Assembly: GCA_036172245.1 (NCBI GenBank)
Contig: JAYWIR010000043.1
Coordinates: 1,178,001-1,242,000, forward strand
DNA length: 64,000 bases
Source: Raillietiella orientalis
Taxonomy: Eukaryota
Direction of reading: 5' to 3'
Shown: positions 63,231-64,000 of the stretch, one piece after another
Layout of the letters: each line of letters starts with the position of its first letter
How positions within the stretch are numbered: the first letter of the stretch is position 1
The notes under the pieces: model-generated
What the model was told of the DNA's origin: nothing
Databases searched by the model: none
The model's input: the letters and a program-made list of their open reading frames with translations, nothing else
Translations under genes and position numbers: made by a program

Positions 63231-64000
63231 TTTTTTACCCGGTCACGCTGGGCGCTTGTCTTGAAGGAACGAACAAGCAAGTTGGGAACGTCGTTCCCGA
63301 AACAAAAACGACAAGAAAGAAGCTCCAGAAGAGGGTTCACCGACCATCAGGAGCGGAAGAAAGGGGGGCAAGACATAAACAAATAGATGGAAAAGGGTCT
63401 TTGGTTTCGGCGGCTCCCTCTCGCTTGCAGTCGGCACAGAACGCCGGCGATCTCCGACTCGACTTCTTCCAGGTGAGGACACCTCGCGGGCGTCCCCATG
63501 TAGACGGCTGCCATGCGGTTCCCCTCCCTCCGCTGCTCTCGAGACTCCAGCACTTGGAGAACTGTAGACGGTGGCGCGGGTGCAGCGCAAAGTTGCGGTA
63601 ACGGCGGCTGCCGAAAGTCCCCCGCGCGCAAAGAATCGCAGGGCAAGAATCGCCGGGGCAAGTCCTTGGTGGTGTCCTCCAGCTGCAGCAGCACCGATGC
63701 CAGACTCTGCCACAGTTCTCATAGGGCAGTGCAGTCCAGCAACCGCTTAAGGTGCGGCACGATCGGATCGTTCCCGCAGCTCAAGCTGCGTGGGGATGCG
63801 ACTCCCCGGAAACAAGGAGCCGGCGCTGATTGTACGGGGAACCCCGGTGCGCAACACACAGTGCTGCTGCAGATCCTGTCCCACCTCAAGGAGAGCGCCG
63901 AAGTATCCAGAAACGAAGGGGGGACCAGATTCTTCGGGAGGCACGCTGAGCATCTCCCCTCACCAAAGCAGTTCCGCGAATGGTAGGTTGCAGAAAACCG
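63231..64000 (-). mobile_element. 3' part of another family-B-related L1/Tx1 LINE (runs off the window)
   Basis: CGND..PHL...DCTAL*ELWQSL..LLQLE...PARCPHLEEVESEIAGVL is homologous to 43020-43382. Ends in CGCCCAGCGTGACCGGGT-AAAAAA. Confidence 0.7.

Noticed and set aside
1..64000. Prokaryotic systems (CRISPR array, operons, retrons)
   Set aside because: No regularly spaced repeats; the genes are spliced and eukaryotic, and the RTs are LINE-type.

Overview
Eukaryotic nuclear DNA from an invertebrate animal. It is most likely an arthropod: it has spliced genes with very short introns, arthropod-type TBK1 and H4 sequences, and a mitochondrial insert with arthropod strand layout and T-arm-less tRNAs. 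Three spliced host genes can be reconstructed by hand: TBK1/IKK-epsilon (-, 476-4159), head-to-head with TCF25/Rqc1 (+, 5893-13630), and an astacin-EGF-CUB metalloprotease (-, ~56006-61484). The region from 14 to 56 kb is a retroelement graveyard. It holds a ~2.9 kb NUMT (atp6-cox3-tRNA cluster-nad3-nad5) bracketed by a ~0.8 kb direct repeat, RLE-type (NeSL/Utopia-like) fragments, several L1/Tx1-clade LINEs, a second NUMT and a histone H4 pseudogene. The most notable structures are: (1) an unusually long (~1-1.1 kb), hairpin-dense, tRNA-headed SINE-like family in four copies; (2) a three-level nested insertion with three readable target-site duplications, in which an RT-bearing LINE sits in the first ~20 nt of an RT-less LINE; (3) that RT-less LINE, whose endonuclease is fused directly to the C-terminal zinc-finger region; (4) a conserved 3' terminal hairpin shared by three divergent LINE copies. 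All calls come from manual motif reading; no database searches or folding computations were run.
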